64,000 nt of DNA from Candidatus Latescibacterota bacterium (lineage in GTDB: Bacteria > Latescibacterota > UBA2968 > UBA8231), in NCBI GenBank assembly GCA_965243025.1, contig CBDETY010000003.1, forward strand, positions 352,001-416,000, given 5' to 3'. Position 1 is the stretch's first letter; every line of letters starts with the position of its first letter. Under the pieces are notes generated by a model that was given only the letters and a program-made list of their open reading frames with translations, was not told where the DNA came from and made no database searches. A program made the translations under genes and the position numbers. Shown in pieces: positions 47,076-56,439 of the stretch.

Positions 47076-49103
47076 ATGCCCGCAAGGGGTTTCGTTCACG
47101 GGTTGGCCGGCCTGCTTGTCGGACTGGCAGGGGCCGCAAGCCTTGACTCCCGCACCATGCTGGTGATCGGCAGCCCCGAAGCGGCCGGGAGCTGGGCGGT
47201 CGACGTCCCGGCGCTGACGGTGGAAAGCCGCACCTGGATCGAGTCGGCCGGACGCCTGGAGGCAGACCTCTACCCCGACTACAACGAGGCCACCGGGGGA
47301 ATCCTCAATCTCGACTTTTCCGAGACCCACGTGATGCCGATCAGGGTCGCGCCGGACTTCAACCTTTCCCCGGGCTATCTCGAGCGGGGCGGCTGGGAAA
47401 AGGAGCGGGCAACCGAGCGCACCGAGGGGTTTTTCGAACGCGCCCTGGATGGAGACATCAACACCGTCTACAACTACCGGGGTGATTTCGGAGGCCCGGA
47501 GGGAACGCCCCGGCCCACCGTCGACCTGGGGAACATTTTCCCGATCAACCGGATCGTCTTCTTCACCCACCGCGATTCCACCGAAGAGTACGCCGATGTT
47601 TTCCGGCTGTACGTCGACGGGGGCCTGGTCCGGGAGGAGCTCGACAACAAGAAGGACAGCGTGGAAGTCACCTTTCCGATGCGGCACGGGCAAGTGGTCG
47701 CCATAGAGCCCATAATCCGCAAGAACAAGGCCGGCATCTCGATCCCTCCCAAGACCTGGCAGCTCGCCGAGTTCGAGATCTACGGCGACGGCTACGTTCC
47801 CAGGGCCTCCTATATCTCCGAGATCATCGACATCGAGCAGGTGGCGCCCCTGGATTCCGGTGAGCGGGCCAGCTGGGGCCGGCTCTACTGGACCGGCACC
47901 AGGGACCCGGATGGCCGGACCGTCATCCGCACCCGCACCGGCCGCGCCGGGGACACCCCCGACGACGGCGATTTCCCCGACCCCAGCATCTACTCGGTGT
48001 TCACCGGGCGGGGCGACGAGTTGTCGACCTTCTCCGACGAAGGGGTGCCATTGACCCTCGAGGACTACGGGGCGACCTCGGGAGGAGTACGGCTTGGCAC
48101 CGACTACAGCGAACAGCGGGGTCCCATCACCTACGACAACGAAAACTGGAGCTTCTGGTCGACGCCATACGACTTCGACAAGGGCGCCGAGGGGGTGCCC
48201 GTGGTTTCGCCGGGGCCGCGGCGCTATATCCAGTTTCGCATCGACTTCTTTCCCACGATCACCGACGGCAGCCGCCTGGAGGCGATCGGGTTCGACTTTT
48301 CCAAGCCGCCCAGCGCCACCAGGGCGGTGGCCGAGATCTTCCCGAAAGAGGTGCCGGCGGCCGTCGACACCACCTTCACCTACACCCTTCTGCCGGAACT
48401 GGCCGACACCGACCGCGGCTTCGACAGCCTGGAGATCGAGACGTTCGTCGAGCCTTCGGCGGTGCGCCTGGTGCGGATCGACGGCGCCGGCACCGAGAAG
48501 ATCATCTGCGAACCGTGCCTGCTTCACCCGGACGACACCCACCCGAACGCCGGGATCATGGAAGACCGCCTCGTCGTGCACTTCGACACACTCAAGGGAA
48601 TCGCCGACAACGGGAAGCGGGTGCAGGTGGTTTTCGACGCCTCGGTGGTGAAGTTCGGCACGGAGTTCAAGGGGCGCATATTCACCGACGGCAGCGACGA
48701 CGTGCGACAGCTCGTGGACGGCGGCGATGCCATCGATCGCTACAGTGCAGGCGGGGTCGTGGTGACCATCCCCTTGAAGGAGGAGCTGATCGGTCGCGTG
48801 CGGGTGCAGCCGAGCCCGTTTACGCCCAACGGGGATGGGATCAACGACGAGACCGAGCTCTCATATGCGCTGCTCAACCTGACGGACGCCGCCGCCGCCG
48901 ACGTGGCCATCTACGATCTGAGCGGCCGCCGGGTGAAGCAGCTGCAGAGCGAGTCGCTGGTCAGCGGCATTCACGGCGAGAGCTGGAACGGGCGGGACGA
49001 CGACGGCGGGCTCGCCCCTCCGGGGCTCTACATCTACCGGATATCGATCGGGACCGACGAGAGGAATGAAGACCACAGCGGCGTCGTCTACGTGGCCTAC
49101 TAG
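47076..49103 (+). CDS. Secreted protein (675 aa), paralog with C-terminal FlgD-Ig/CHU_C-like domain
   Basis: Signal peptide; VDLG..FPINRIVF, AEFEIYGDGY, WSFWS...SPGPRRY, PSPFTPNGDGIND, IYDLSGRRV, WNGRD...PPGLY. Confidence 0.85.
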   Translation: MPARGFVHGLAGLLVGLAGAASLDSRTMLVIGSPEAAGSWAVDVPALTVESRTWIESAGRLEADLYPDYNEATGGILNLDFSETHVMPIRVAPDFNLSPGYLERGGWEKERATERTEGFFERALDGDINTVYNYRGDFGGPEGTPRPTVDLGNIFPINRIVFFTHRDSTEEYADVFRLYVDGGLVREELDNKKDSVEVTFPMRHGQVVAIEPIIRKNKAGISIPPKTWQLAEFEIYGDGYVPRASYISEIIDIEQVAPLDSGERASWGRLYWTGTRDPDGRTVIRTRTGRAGDTPDDGDFPDPSIYSVFTGRGDELSTFSDEGVPLTLEDYGATSGGVRLGTDYSEQRGPITYDNENWSFWSTPYDFDKGAEGVPVVSPGPRRYIQFRIDFFPTITDGSRLEAIGFDFSKPPSATRAVAEIFPKEVPAAVDTTFTYTLLPELADTDRGFDSLEIETFVEPSAVRLVRIDGAGTEKIICEPCLLHPDDTHPNAGIMEDRLVVHFDTLKGIADNGKRVQVVFDASVVKFGTEFKGRIFTDGSDDVRQLVDGGDAIDRYSAGGVVVTIPLKEELIGRVRVQPSPFTPNGDGINDETELSYALLNLTDAAAADVAIYDLSGRRVKQLQSESLVSGIHGESWNGRDDDGGLAPPGLYIYRISIGTDERNEDHSGVVYVAY

Positions 49104-50895
49104 GAGTCCCCGTCACCGCAGTATCGCGGGCTGCTGCTTCACCGGGGTGACCGTTTTCTTCGTCCACGGTAGCCTGGCCCTGGACACCCTCGTGGTCGGC
49201 GGGGTGGAGAACACCTGGTCGGATCTGGGCACCGCCCCCGGGAACGTCATCGATTTCGCAACGGAGCCGGGCTGGATCGCCCCCATCCAGATCGACCCCG
49301 AGGTCAACCTCGTCGAGCAGATCCGCGCCAGGGGGGGAACGGTGAGTATCGATTCTCCGAACAGTCCGGTCCGCAGGACCCAGGGGGACCAGGTGCTGCA
49401 GGACGCCCTGGACAACATCATGAACGGCTCGGTTTCCGAGGTGTACGACCGCAAGATCGCCAACTCGACCTTCGGGGAGCACATCGACATCGATCTGGGT
49501 GCCCCCCTCGGCATGGATCGCATCGTCTTCTATCCCAGCTCTCTCTTTCCCCGGGAGTTTCTGAGGGCCTTCTACATCCAGGTCAACGACGGCAAGAGCA
49601 ATCTCTCCGAGTCCGGCAACCCCGAGTGGAACGCGATCGGCAGGTTCCACGAAAGGCAGAATACCAGGACCCGGGCCGAGATGCGGATTCCGCTCCAGTT
49701 CGTCCGCTACCTGCGCCTGACTTCCCAGTACCACGGGGGATTCGAGATCGACGAGATCGAGCTTTTCGGCCGCGGCTACGTGTCGGACGGCAGCTACCTG
49801 TCCGATCCCTTCGACCTGGGAGAGCAGGGCGCCCTGTGGGGCCGGATAAACTGGTCTGCCGCCGCCATCGGCGATCCCTTTCGCTCCGGCATTGCCGTGC
49901 GCACCCGAAGCGGCCGGGACGAGCAGGACTGGAGCCCCTGGTCCGAGCCCTACCGGCCGGATGCGGACGGCGGGGTGCAGATCACCTCGCCGGCCCCCCG
50001 CCGGTTCTTCCAGTTCGAGGTCCGCTTTGCCAGCGAGGACCTGGAGGCGGCGCAGAAGGTCGATTCCCTCTCTTTCGAGCACTCGCCCCCGGTCGCCCAG
50101 GAACTCGTCGCCGAGATCTTCCCGCGTCAGGCGCAGATCGGCGAGGGCAAGGAGTTCGTCTATGCGGTGCGAGCCTCCGAGCCTTCCGACCGGGGCTTCG
50201 ACACTTTCGAGATCCTGACCTCGGCCCCCATCGAGCGCCTCGACGGGATTCAGATCCTCGGTCGGGAGGGGGACCTGCTGCTGGACAAACAGGGTGCGGA
50301 TGCGGAGGAACACCTGGTATCCCCGCATCCTTTCAGGGTGCGTTTTCCGCCGGTCACGGAAGATGGTTCCGTGCTGAAACTCCGTTTCGTCACATCGGTT
50401 CTGCGCTACGGCATCGTCTTCGACGGATGGGGGTTGAACGAGGGATCCGACGAGCTGCCGCAGCCGGCGGTTCCCGGCAACGCCATGGACCTCAGCGGCG
50501 ATTTCCCCGGGCTGAACCTCCCGGACGAGGACAAGCGCTCGAACCTGACCGTTCTCACCGACATCGAGGGAGTGGCTCTGCTGGGGGCTCTGGAGGTCGT
50601 GCCCAACCCCTTCACCCCGAACGGCGACGGCATCAACGACAGCGCCCGGATCCGCTCCGACGTCTTCAAGCTCACCAAGGCGACGCCGGTCGAGGTAGCC
50701 GTCTACGATCTTTCGGGCCGCCGCCTCGCCGTCGCGTTCGCCGGCGAGATCGAGAGCGGACGCCACTACGTAGGGTGGGACGGCACCGACGCCGAGGATC
50801 GGCTCGTGCCGCCCGGACTGTATCTGCTCGAGCTCGAGGTAAAAGCGGACACCAAATCAGAAAAGGTCCTGGGAACGGTCGTCGTCGTCTATTGA
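49066..50895 (+). CDS. Secreted protein (~609 aa), third paralog with C-terminal FlgD-Ig/CHU_C-like domain
   Basis: IDLG...DRIVFYP, DEIELFGRGY, WSPWS...SPAPRRF, PNPFTPNGDGIND, VYDLSGRR, WDGTD...VPPGLY. Start codon uncertain. Confidence 0.85.
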   Translation: MKTTAASSTWPTRSPRHRSIAGCCFTGVTVFFVHGSLALDTLVVGGVENTWSDLGTAPGNVIDFATEPGWIAPIQIDPEVNLVEQIRARGGTVSIDSPNSPVRRTQGDQVLQDALDNIMNGSVSEVYDRKIANSTFGEHIDIDLGAPLGMDRIVFYPSSLFPREFLRAFYIQVNDGKSNLSESGNPEWNAIGRFHERQNTRTRAEMRIPLQFVRYLRLTSQYHGGFEIDEIELFGRGYVSDGSYLSDPFDLGEQGALWGRINWSAAAIGDPFRSGIAVRTRSGRDEQDWSPWSEPYRPDADGGVQITSPAPRRFFQFEVRFASEDLEAAQKVDSLSFEHSPPVAQELVAEIFPRQAQIGEGKEFVYAVRASEPSDRGFDTFEILTSAPIERLDGIQILGREGDLLLDKQGADAEEHLVSPHPFRVRFPPVTEDGSVLKLRFVTSVLRYGIVFDGWGLNEGSDELPQPAVPGNAMDLSGDFPGLNLPDEDKRSNLTVLTDIEGVALLGALEVVPNPFTPNGDGINDSARIRSDVFKLTKATPVEVAVYDLSGRRLAVAFAGEIESGRHYVGWDGTDAEDRLVPPGLYLLELEVKADTKSEKVLGTVVVVY

Positions 50896-50957
50896 CGAAG
50901 ACCCCCGTCCCCGGCCGTGCACAGCAGAGTTTTGAGGGTATCCAGAGGAGGGTTGTT

Positions 50958-53678
50958 GTGAAAAGGCCGACTTTTTCCAACCGTGCCGCGCTGTTCGCCC
51001 TGGCCGTCGTCGCGGGTTCCGTGCCCGCTCTCGCGCAGCAGGACTACGGGGCGCGCCTGGGAACGCGCAAAGCCGATGTCTGGAGCTATCAACCGCAGGG
51101 GACCAGTGTGCTCACGAGCACTCTCGATCCCGCCATGCGCAAATGGTACGTTCCAGGCGAGCTCTACGAGGAATTCCGCTGGCGCCAGTGGGAGTACACC
51201 AACTACGCCCGCGATCCCTTCCAACGCTACGTCGACATCAATCTCGAGGGCGACTACTACTACGATCTCTACGGCAACTTCATATCCAGAGGCTGGCTGA
51301 TCTTCAACCACAGCCAGGATCAACCCCAGGCCCAGTTGGGCAACTCGCTCTTCAAGGACAACAGGTTCACCAGTTGGTTCAACGGTCTCCTGATCGCATC
51401 CGACCACAAGGGCCAGTACCACACGTCGTTGAGCATCGGGAGCTCGCTGCGCACCGTGCTCACGCCGATGACCTTTTCCAAGCCGGACTTCGACGGTCTG
51501 CAGTGGGACTTCGCCTCGGACAAGTACGAAGCCACCATCCTCTATTCCCGCATCAACCTGCCTGCCGGCAGTTCGACTCCAAGGCCGATCGAGCTCACCA
51601 ACAACACCAGCCTCTTCGGCGGCCGGATCACCGCCCAGGTCGGGGATTTCGTCAAGCTCGGGGCCAATTTCGTCAACGCCCATCAGTCCCACACCGACCT
51701 GGAGAGTTTCGAAGGCAGTCTCCTCAAGGGGGAGTTGACCCGGGATCAGAACGGGTCCCCGGTCGAGTGGGTCGAGCTCATCCTCAGGGACGACTCCCCG
51801 GAAGACGGCGAGGGAGGGGCCTCCTTTTTCGAAGGGGGCTCCGATCTCGTCATCACCTACATCGACGGAGAGCAGGAGACCGCCAGGCAGATCGGGTTCG
51901 AGCCGGTGGTGCAGGGCGGGTTCGAGCGCACCGGCTTCAGGGCCGCCGACGGCGGCGAAGAGATCAGCGTGAGGTACGATTTCAACAGCACCGGCCCCGC
52001 GGGGTTCGTCGACAATGCCCGCGGAGACAAATCGGAGATCGAACGGGTGCGCTTCCAACTTCCGGTCGGCAACGACTACCAGGTCTGGGTGAATTCCAAT
52101 CGCCAGACCACCCATGTGGGCGGGGGGAGCGCGACTGCGGAGCAAACCACGCCCCTGCTCGTTGCCCGGGCCGAGGGCAACGTCCAGGACAACTCCAACC
52201 TGCGCCTGCTCTCCTTCGACTACGGCCTGCCCACCGGCACCCAGATCGCCGGCGCCACCATCGAGGTGACCGATGTGTTGGGCTTCAGTCTGTACGGCGA
52301 GTACGACGTGTCCTACAGCTACAGGATGTACCCCAACGCCAACCTGATCACCCATGACGCCTTCTCAGGGGTCAGGGGCGACCGCCGCGCCGACGCCTGG
52401 ATGGTGAACCTCTCCAAGCAGGCCTACCCGTTCTTCCTGTTCGGTGAAGCCTTCAGCATGGATCACGATTACTCCACCACCACGGTCACCACGAACACCT
52501 TCCCGCGGACGGGGTTCGTCGACTACGGCGACCCGCGCTCCTTCTATGAGTTCGTCGACGACAACGACGACCAGGACCGGATCCCGGATCTCGCGCGCAA
52601 GGGGGCGGGCAACGGCGACTTCGACATCTTTCCCGGATGGGACGAAAACAACGACTTCATCTCCGACTTCAACCAGAACGACAACCGCCGCAGCGCACGG
52701 CGCAACGAATTCCCCGACTACGAGGAGCCCTTCCTCCGCTTCAACGTCGACCGGCCGGAATTCCTCTTCGGTCCCGACATGAACAACAACGGCTGGATAG
52801 ACCGGTTCGAGAACGACAACGAGCCCGACTATCCCTACCGGCGTGATCACCGCGGCTACAACGTGTACGCCGGCGCAAACATAACCCCGGAGGTTCGAGC
52901 GATCGTCGGCCGCATGGACGAGCGCCTCATCTCGGAGGACCGGCACAACGAGACCAGCTACCTGCTGGCCACTTTCGACAGGGACTATCCGGGGTTCGGC
53001 CGGCTGCGCGTCTACGACATGGTCAAGCGCGCCAGGGACGACATTCGCGAGAACCTGCTGCAGTGGGCTTATCAGACCGCTGAGTCCGAAGGGCAGCCGG
53101 TCAACATCACCGACCCTCTCCTGCTCGAGGATGCCTGGCACAACAGCCTGTGGCTGAATTTCGATTACACCGGGATGTCGAGGCTGCGTTTCATCAACAA
53201 GGTCAAGTTCGACCTGACCCACACCCAGCTCGGCAGGGAGGATCGCAGGATTCGCGGCCAGCTGCAGAACGAGCGTTTCTTCGGCGTCATCAACAAGGTC
53301 GGCTACGAGCTCAGCCTGGGCCTGTTGGAACTTGAGCCGCGATGGAAGAGCGAGTACCGGAACCAGACGCGCGATCACGCCGCGGTCGGCGAGCGCGAAG
53401 AGCTCACCGAGCTGTTCTCCGTGCTCGCCCGCTTCCCGATCCTGGCAAGCACGTATGCCGAAGCGGGCGTCGAGTACATCCTGTTCAAGGACCTGCGGGA
53501 GGATCTCAACGATCGGAACAGCCGGGTCCTGGCCCTGCAGTTCACCAACACGAGGGACTATCTCGGCTACAAGCTCAGCACCCAGATGGGGGTCAAGTTC
53601 GACCGGCGCGACCCCGAGAACGGCCCGGCCAGAAGCCTGCAGAGCAGCTTCATCAGCGTTTTCGCCGGGCTGGAGTGA
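50958..53678 (+). CDS. Putative outer-membrane beta-barrel protein (906 aa) with Asp-rich, calcium-binding-like loops
   Basis: GAGGAGG SD and GTG start; signal peptide (ALA-Q); amphipathic aromatic beta strands; terminal strand SFISVFAGLE; DDNDDQD, DENNDF and DMNNNG motifs. Confidence 0.7.
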   Translation: MKRPTFSNRAALFALAVVAGSVPALAQQDYGARLGTRKADVWSYQPQGTSVLTSTLDPAMRKWYVPGELYEEFRWRQWEYTNYARDPFQRYVDINLEGDYYYDLYGNFISRGWLIFNHSQDQPQAQLGNSLFKDNRFTSWFNGLLIASDHKGQYHTSLSIGSSLRTVLTPMTFSKPDFDGLQWDFASDKYEATILYSRINLPAGSSTPRPIELTNNTSLFGGRITAQVGDFVKLGANFVNAHQSHTDLESFEGSLLKGELTRDQNGSPVEWVELILRDDSPEDGEGGASFFEGGSDLVITYIDGEQETARQIGFEPVVQGGFERTGFRAADGGEEISVRYDFNSTGPAGFVDNARGDKSEIERVRFQLPVGNDYQVWVNSNRQTTHVGGGSATAEQTTPLLVARAEGNVQDNSNLRLLSFDYGLPTGTQIAGATIEVTDVLGFSLYGEYDVSYSYRMYPNANLITHDAFSGVRGDRRADAWMVNLSKQAYPFFLFGEAFSMDHDYSTTTVTTNTFPRTGFVDYGDPRSFYEFVDDNDDQDRIPDLARKGAGNGDFDIFPGWDENNDFISDFNQNDNRRSARRNEFPDYEEPFLRFNVDRPEFLFGPDMNNNGWIDRFENDNEPDYPYRRDHRGYNVYAGANITPEVRAIVGRMDERLISEDRHNETSYLLATFDRDYPGFGRLRVYDMVKRARDDIRENLLQWAYQTAESEGQPVNITDPLLLEDAWHNSLWLNFDYTGMSRLRFINKVKFDLTHTQLGREDRRIRGQLQNERFFGVINKVGYELSLGLLELEPRWKSEYRNQTRDHAAVGEREELTELFSVLARFPILASTYAEAGVEYILFKDLREDLNDRNSRVLALQFTNTRDYLGYKLSTQMGVKFDRRDPENGPARSLQSSFISVFAGLE

Positions 53679-53691
53679 ACTGAGGAACAGT

Positions 53692-56010
53692 TTGGTTCGA
53701 AGAATCGTTACAGGTTGTCTTCCCCTCTTCGCCGCCTGCGCCGACACGCCTCCCGGCGAGCAGGCCGACGCCCCCGCCGCAGTCGTTGCCCGGGTCGCAG
53801 GGGAGTCCATCGACCGGCGCGAAGTCGAGGAGTTCGCCGCTTCCCTGTTGCCGGGACTGCGCACTGAGAAGGGGGGGGATGCCGCCCGCCGCGACTACCT
53901 GCAGACGCTCATCGACGAAAAGCTGCTGGTACTCGAAGCCCGCCATCGGGGCATCGACACCACCAGCGCGTTTCAGGCCGGCTACCAGTTCGCGGTTCGC
54001 AGGCACGTCGTCGATCAGTACGAGAGACGCCACCTCCACCCTCTCGTCAGCATCACCGAGCAGGAAGTGGGGGCGCGTCTCGCCAGGGACGGGCTCGACC
54101 ACCAGAGGCTCCTGAGCTGGATAGTGGTGGACACCGAAGAGCAGGCCACCCGGATTCGCCGCCTCCTGGAAGAGGGGGCCGATTTCGCCGAGCTGGCACG
54201 GCTCCACTCGATCGATGAGCGGTATGTCGAGACGGGCGGGGAAATCGGATTTGTCGACGGGTCCGTGGCTGGCCGGGTGGGTATTCCCCTCGACGTTTTC
54301 AGGGAGCTGGAATCCGGCGCGGTCTCCGAGCCGCTGCAATCGCGCGGCGCCTATCTCCTGGTCCGCTTTACCGGGGAGCGGGAAGAGGTCTCACCCAGGA
54401 ACCGCCGCAGGGCGCGCGCCGACCTCGGGAAGGAGAAACTGGCGGTCGAGAGGCGAGCCCTGGTCGAGGAACTGGCCTACGAATCAGGCCTTTCGGTGAA
54501 ACCGGAGGGACTGGCGGTCCTGGTGGGCAAGGAGCCTGGGGGAACCTCCCGGCCGCAGCTCACCCCTGCCGAGGCGGCCGCTGTGCTGTTTACCTACGAA
54601 GGGGGAGAAATAACGGTCGGCGACTACGACTGGGAGTTCCGGCATCTCGGACGCATGCCCGGGCTCGGGGACAGCGCCGCGGTGGTGGAGGCGGCCAGAA
54701 TCTGGGTACTGCCCGACATCATGATCTGGGAGGCGGCCCGGAAGCTGGGGTATCACCGGATCCCCGCAGTGCTCGAGTGGAATAAACGCAAGGAAGTCGA
54801 GCTCCTGCTGATGGCTCTGCGCCGGACGGTCCGCGACCGGGTGGAGGTCAGCGAGGAGGATGCCAGGCAGTTCTACCTCGATCACCCCGGCATGTTCGTC
54901 GAGTCCTCCCAGATCTGGGTCCAGGAAATCCTCGTGGACGACCTGGACGAGGCCGCCGCGGTGCGGCAACGGCTGGAGTCGGGAGAAGCGTTCGAGGACC
55001 TGGCGCATCTGAGCATGCGGGCTGGTGCGGGGGACGGGAACCTGCACATGCACGGGCATCAGCGGGCCAGGTACGGGGAGCTGGTTGACCGGGCGCTCGC
55101 CGCGGATGTGGGTCAGCTCGCCGGTCCGGTGCAGGTCCCGCAGGGTTTTTCCGTCTTCCGGGTGGTGGAAAGGAGCGAGGGCCAATTGCAACCATTCGCC
55201 AAAGCAGAAAGACGGGCGACGGCCTCCCTTCGGGTGATGAGAGAGGAAGAGCTGTTCAACAGCCTGGTCGCCGGGGTGCGGGAGAGGTACGCGGATCAGG
55301 TCCGCATCTTCGAGCCGGAACTCGGCGCCATGGAGATCCCCGAGGGTGACCCGAAGCAGCTGGCAGCGCGGAAAAACGTCTACGATCTCGGCATCGCCCA
55401 CGCCCGGAAGGGCCGCACCGCCGAGGCTATCGAGGCTTTCCGGACGGCCATCCGCATCGACTCGACGTTCCTTCCTTCCTACCATGAGCTTGCTCTCGCG
55501 CACGCGGCCGAGGGAGACTTCGAGGCCGCGTACGCCGAAATGGAAACCGCCGTTCGCGTGGACGGGGGGGGATCCGCCTACACCCACCGCCTGTTGGCCT
55601 TTTTCTATTTAAACCAGGAACGCTACGAGGAGGCGGAGAAAGCCCTGTGGGAGGCCATCGAAGTCGATTCGAGCCGGGCGGAAGCGCGTTACGAGCTCGG
55701 AGTCCTGTACAACAAACAAGGACGGCCCGGGGAGGCTGAAAGTTCGCTCATGCGGGCTTTGAGGCTCGATCCTGCCTACAAGGAAGCGTGGAACGAGCTC
55801 GGAAGACTGTATACGAACGCAGGACGCCATGACGAGGCGGACAGGGCCCTGGAGCGGGCCGTGGCAATCGATTCGGGCTATGCACAGGCATACTACAACC
55901 TGTCCCAGCTGCGCTCCGCCCAGGGCCGGGCGGAGGACGCAACGGCCATGCTGGAGCGTTTCGAGAGCCTGTCCAGCCCGGCAAGTCAAGAGCGGAGGAT
56001 CGTGCCATGA
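53692..56010 (+). CDS. PpiC/SurA-type peptidyl-prolyl isomerase lipoprotein (two parvulin-like domains) fused to TPRs
   Basis: TTG after GAGGA; lipobox FAAC; VVARVAGESI, GADFAELARLHSID...GGEIGF, GEAFEDLA; C-terminal TPRs. Confidence 0.85.
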   Translation: MVRRIVTGCLPLFAACADTPPGEQADAPAAVVARVAGESIDRREVEEFAASLLPGLRTEKGGDAARRDYLQTLIDEKLLVLEARHRGIDTTSAFQAGYQFAVRRHVVDQYERRHLHPLVSITEQEVGARLARDGLDHQRLLSWIVVDTEEQATRIRRLLEEGADFAELARLHSIDERYVETGGEIGFVDGSVAGRVGIPLDVFRELESGAVSEPLQSRGAYLLVRFTGEREEVSPRNRRRARADLGKEKLAVERRALVEELAYESGLSVKPEGLAVLVGKEPGGTSRPQLTPAEAAAVLFTYEGGEITVGDYDWEFRHLGRMPGLGDSAAVVEAARIWVLPDIMIWEAARKLGYHRIPAVLEWNKRKEVELLLMALRRTVRDRVEVSEEDARQFYLDHPGMFVESSQIWVQEILVDDLDEAAAVRQRLESGEAFEDLAHLSMRAGAGDGNLHMHGHQRARYGELVDRALAADVGQLAGPVQVPQGFSVFRVVERSEGQLQPFAKAERRATASLRVMREEELFNSLVAGVRERYADQVRIFEPELGAMEIPEGDPKQLAARKNVYDLGIAHARKGRTAEAIEAFRTAIRIDSTFLPSYHELALAHAAEGDFEAAYAEMETAVRVDGGGSAYTHRLLAFFYLNQERYEEAEKALWEAIEVDSSRAEARYELGVLYNKQGRPGEAESSLMRALRLDPAYKEAWNELGRLYTNAGRHDEADRALERAVAIDSGYAQAYYNLSQLRSAQGRAEDATAMLERFESLSSPASQERRIVP

Positions 56011-56399
56011 GAGTGCTGATATTCCTGACCGTGCTGCTCTCGGCGTTCGTTTTGTCCGACTGCGGCGGAAGAAAGCTGGTCGACAGCGGCGGAGGGGGTG
56101 ACGACGAAATCCTGTTTCTGAACGAAACCCCCGGGAACGTCTACCGGATTGCGGTAGTGGGCACCACTGCGGACTTCACCCTCAGGGCATCTTCCCGCAA
56201 GGCGGTAAAGGTTCCGGTGGAAGAAGACCATCCCGGCTACAACGTCAATATCGAGAAGATCGAGGGGGAGGTCGGCGAGGCGCGAAAAACCCTGTTCGGG
56301 GTCAAGCCGGGGGAGACGGTTCGCATTTCCTTCCAGGCGGGCACCACGAGCGGCGGGGAGCTGGGTGCGGGTCTGGTTTCCATCGAAGTCGTGTTCTGA
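56007..56399 (+). CDS. Small putative lipoprotein
   Basis: ATGA overlap; hydrophobic N-terminus ending LSDC-GG; beta-rich mature part. Confidence 0.7.
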   Translation: MRVLIFLTVLLSAFVLSDCGGRKLVDSGGGGDDEILFLNETPGNVYRIAVVGTTADFTLRASSRKAVKVPVEEDHPGYNVNIEKIEGEVGEARKTLFGVKPGETVRISFQAGTTSGGELGAGLVSIEVVF

Positions 56400-56439
56400 C
56401 AAAAACGACGCTCACCACCGGCAGAAAACTTCCGCGAAC

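Noticed and set aside
45699-56010. Apparent giant ORFs of 1134, 1350 and 892 aa in the ORF track
   Set aside because: The N-terminal portions are Arg/Pro/Gly-rich off-frame readings of the upstream gene. Better starts with SD and signal peptides lie at 47076, 50958 and 53692.
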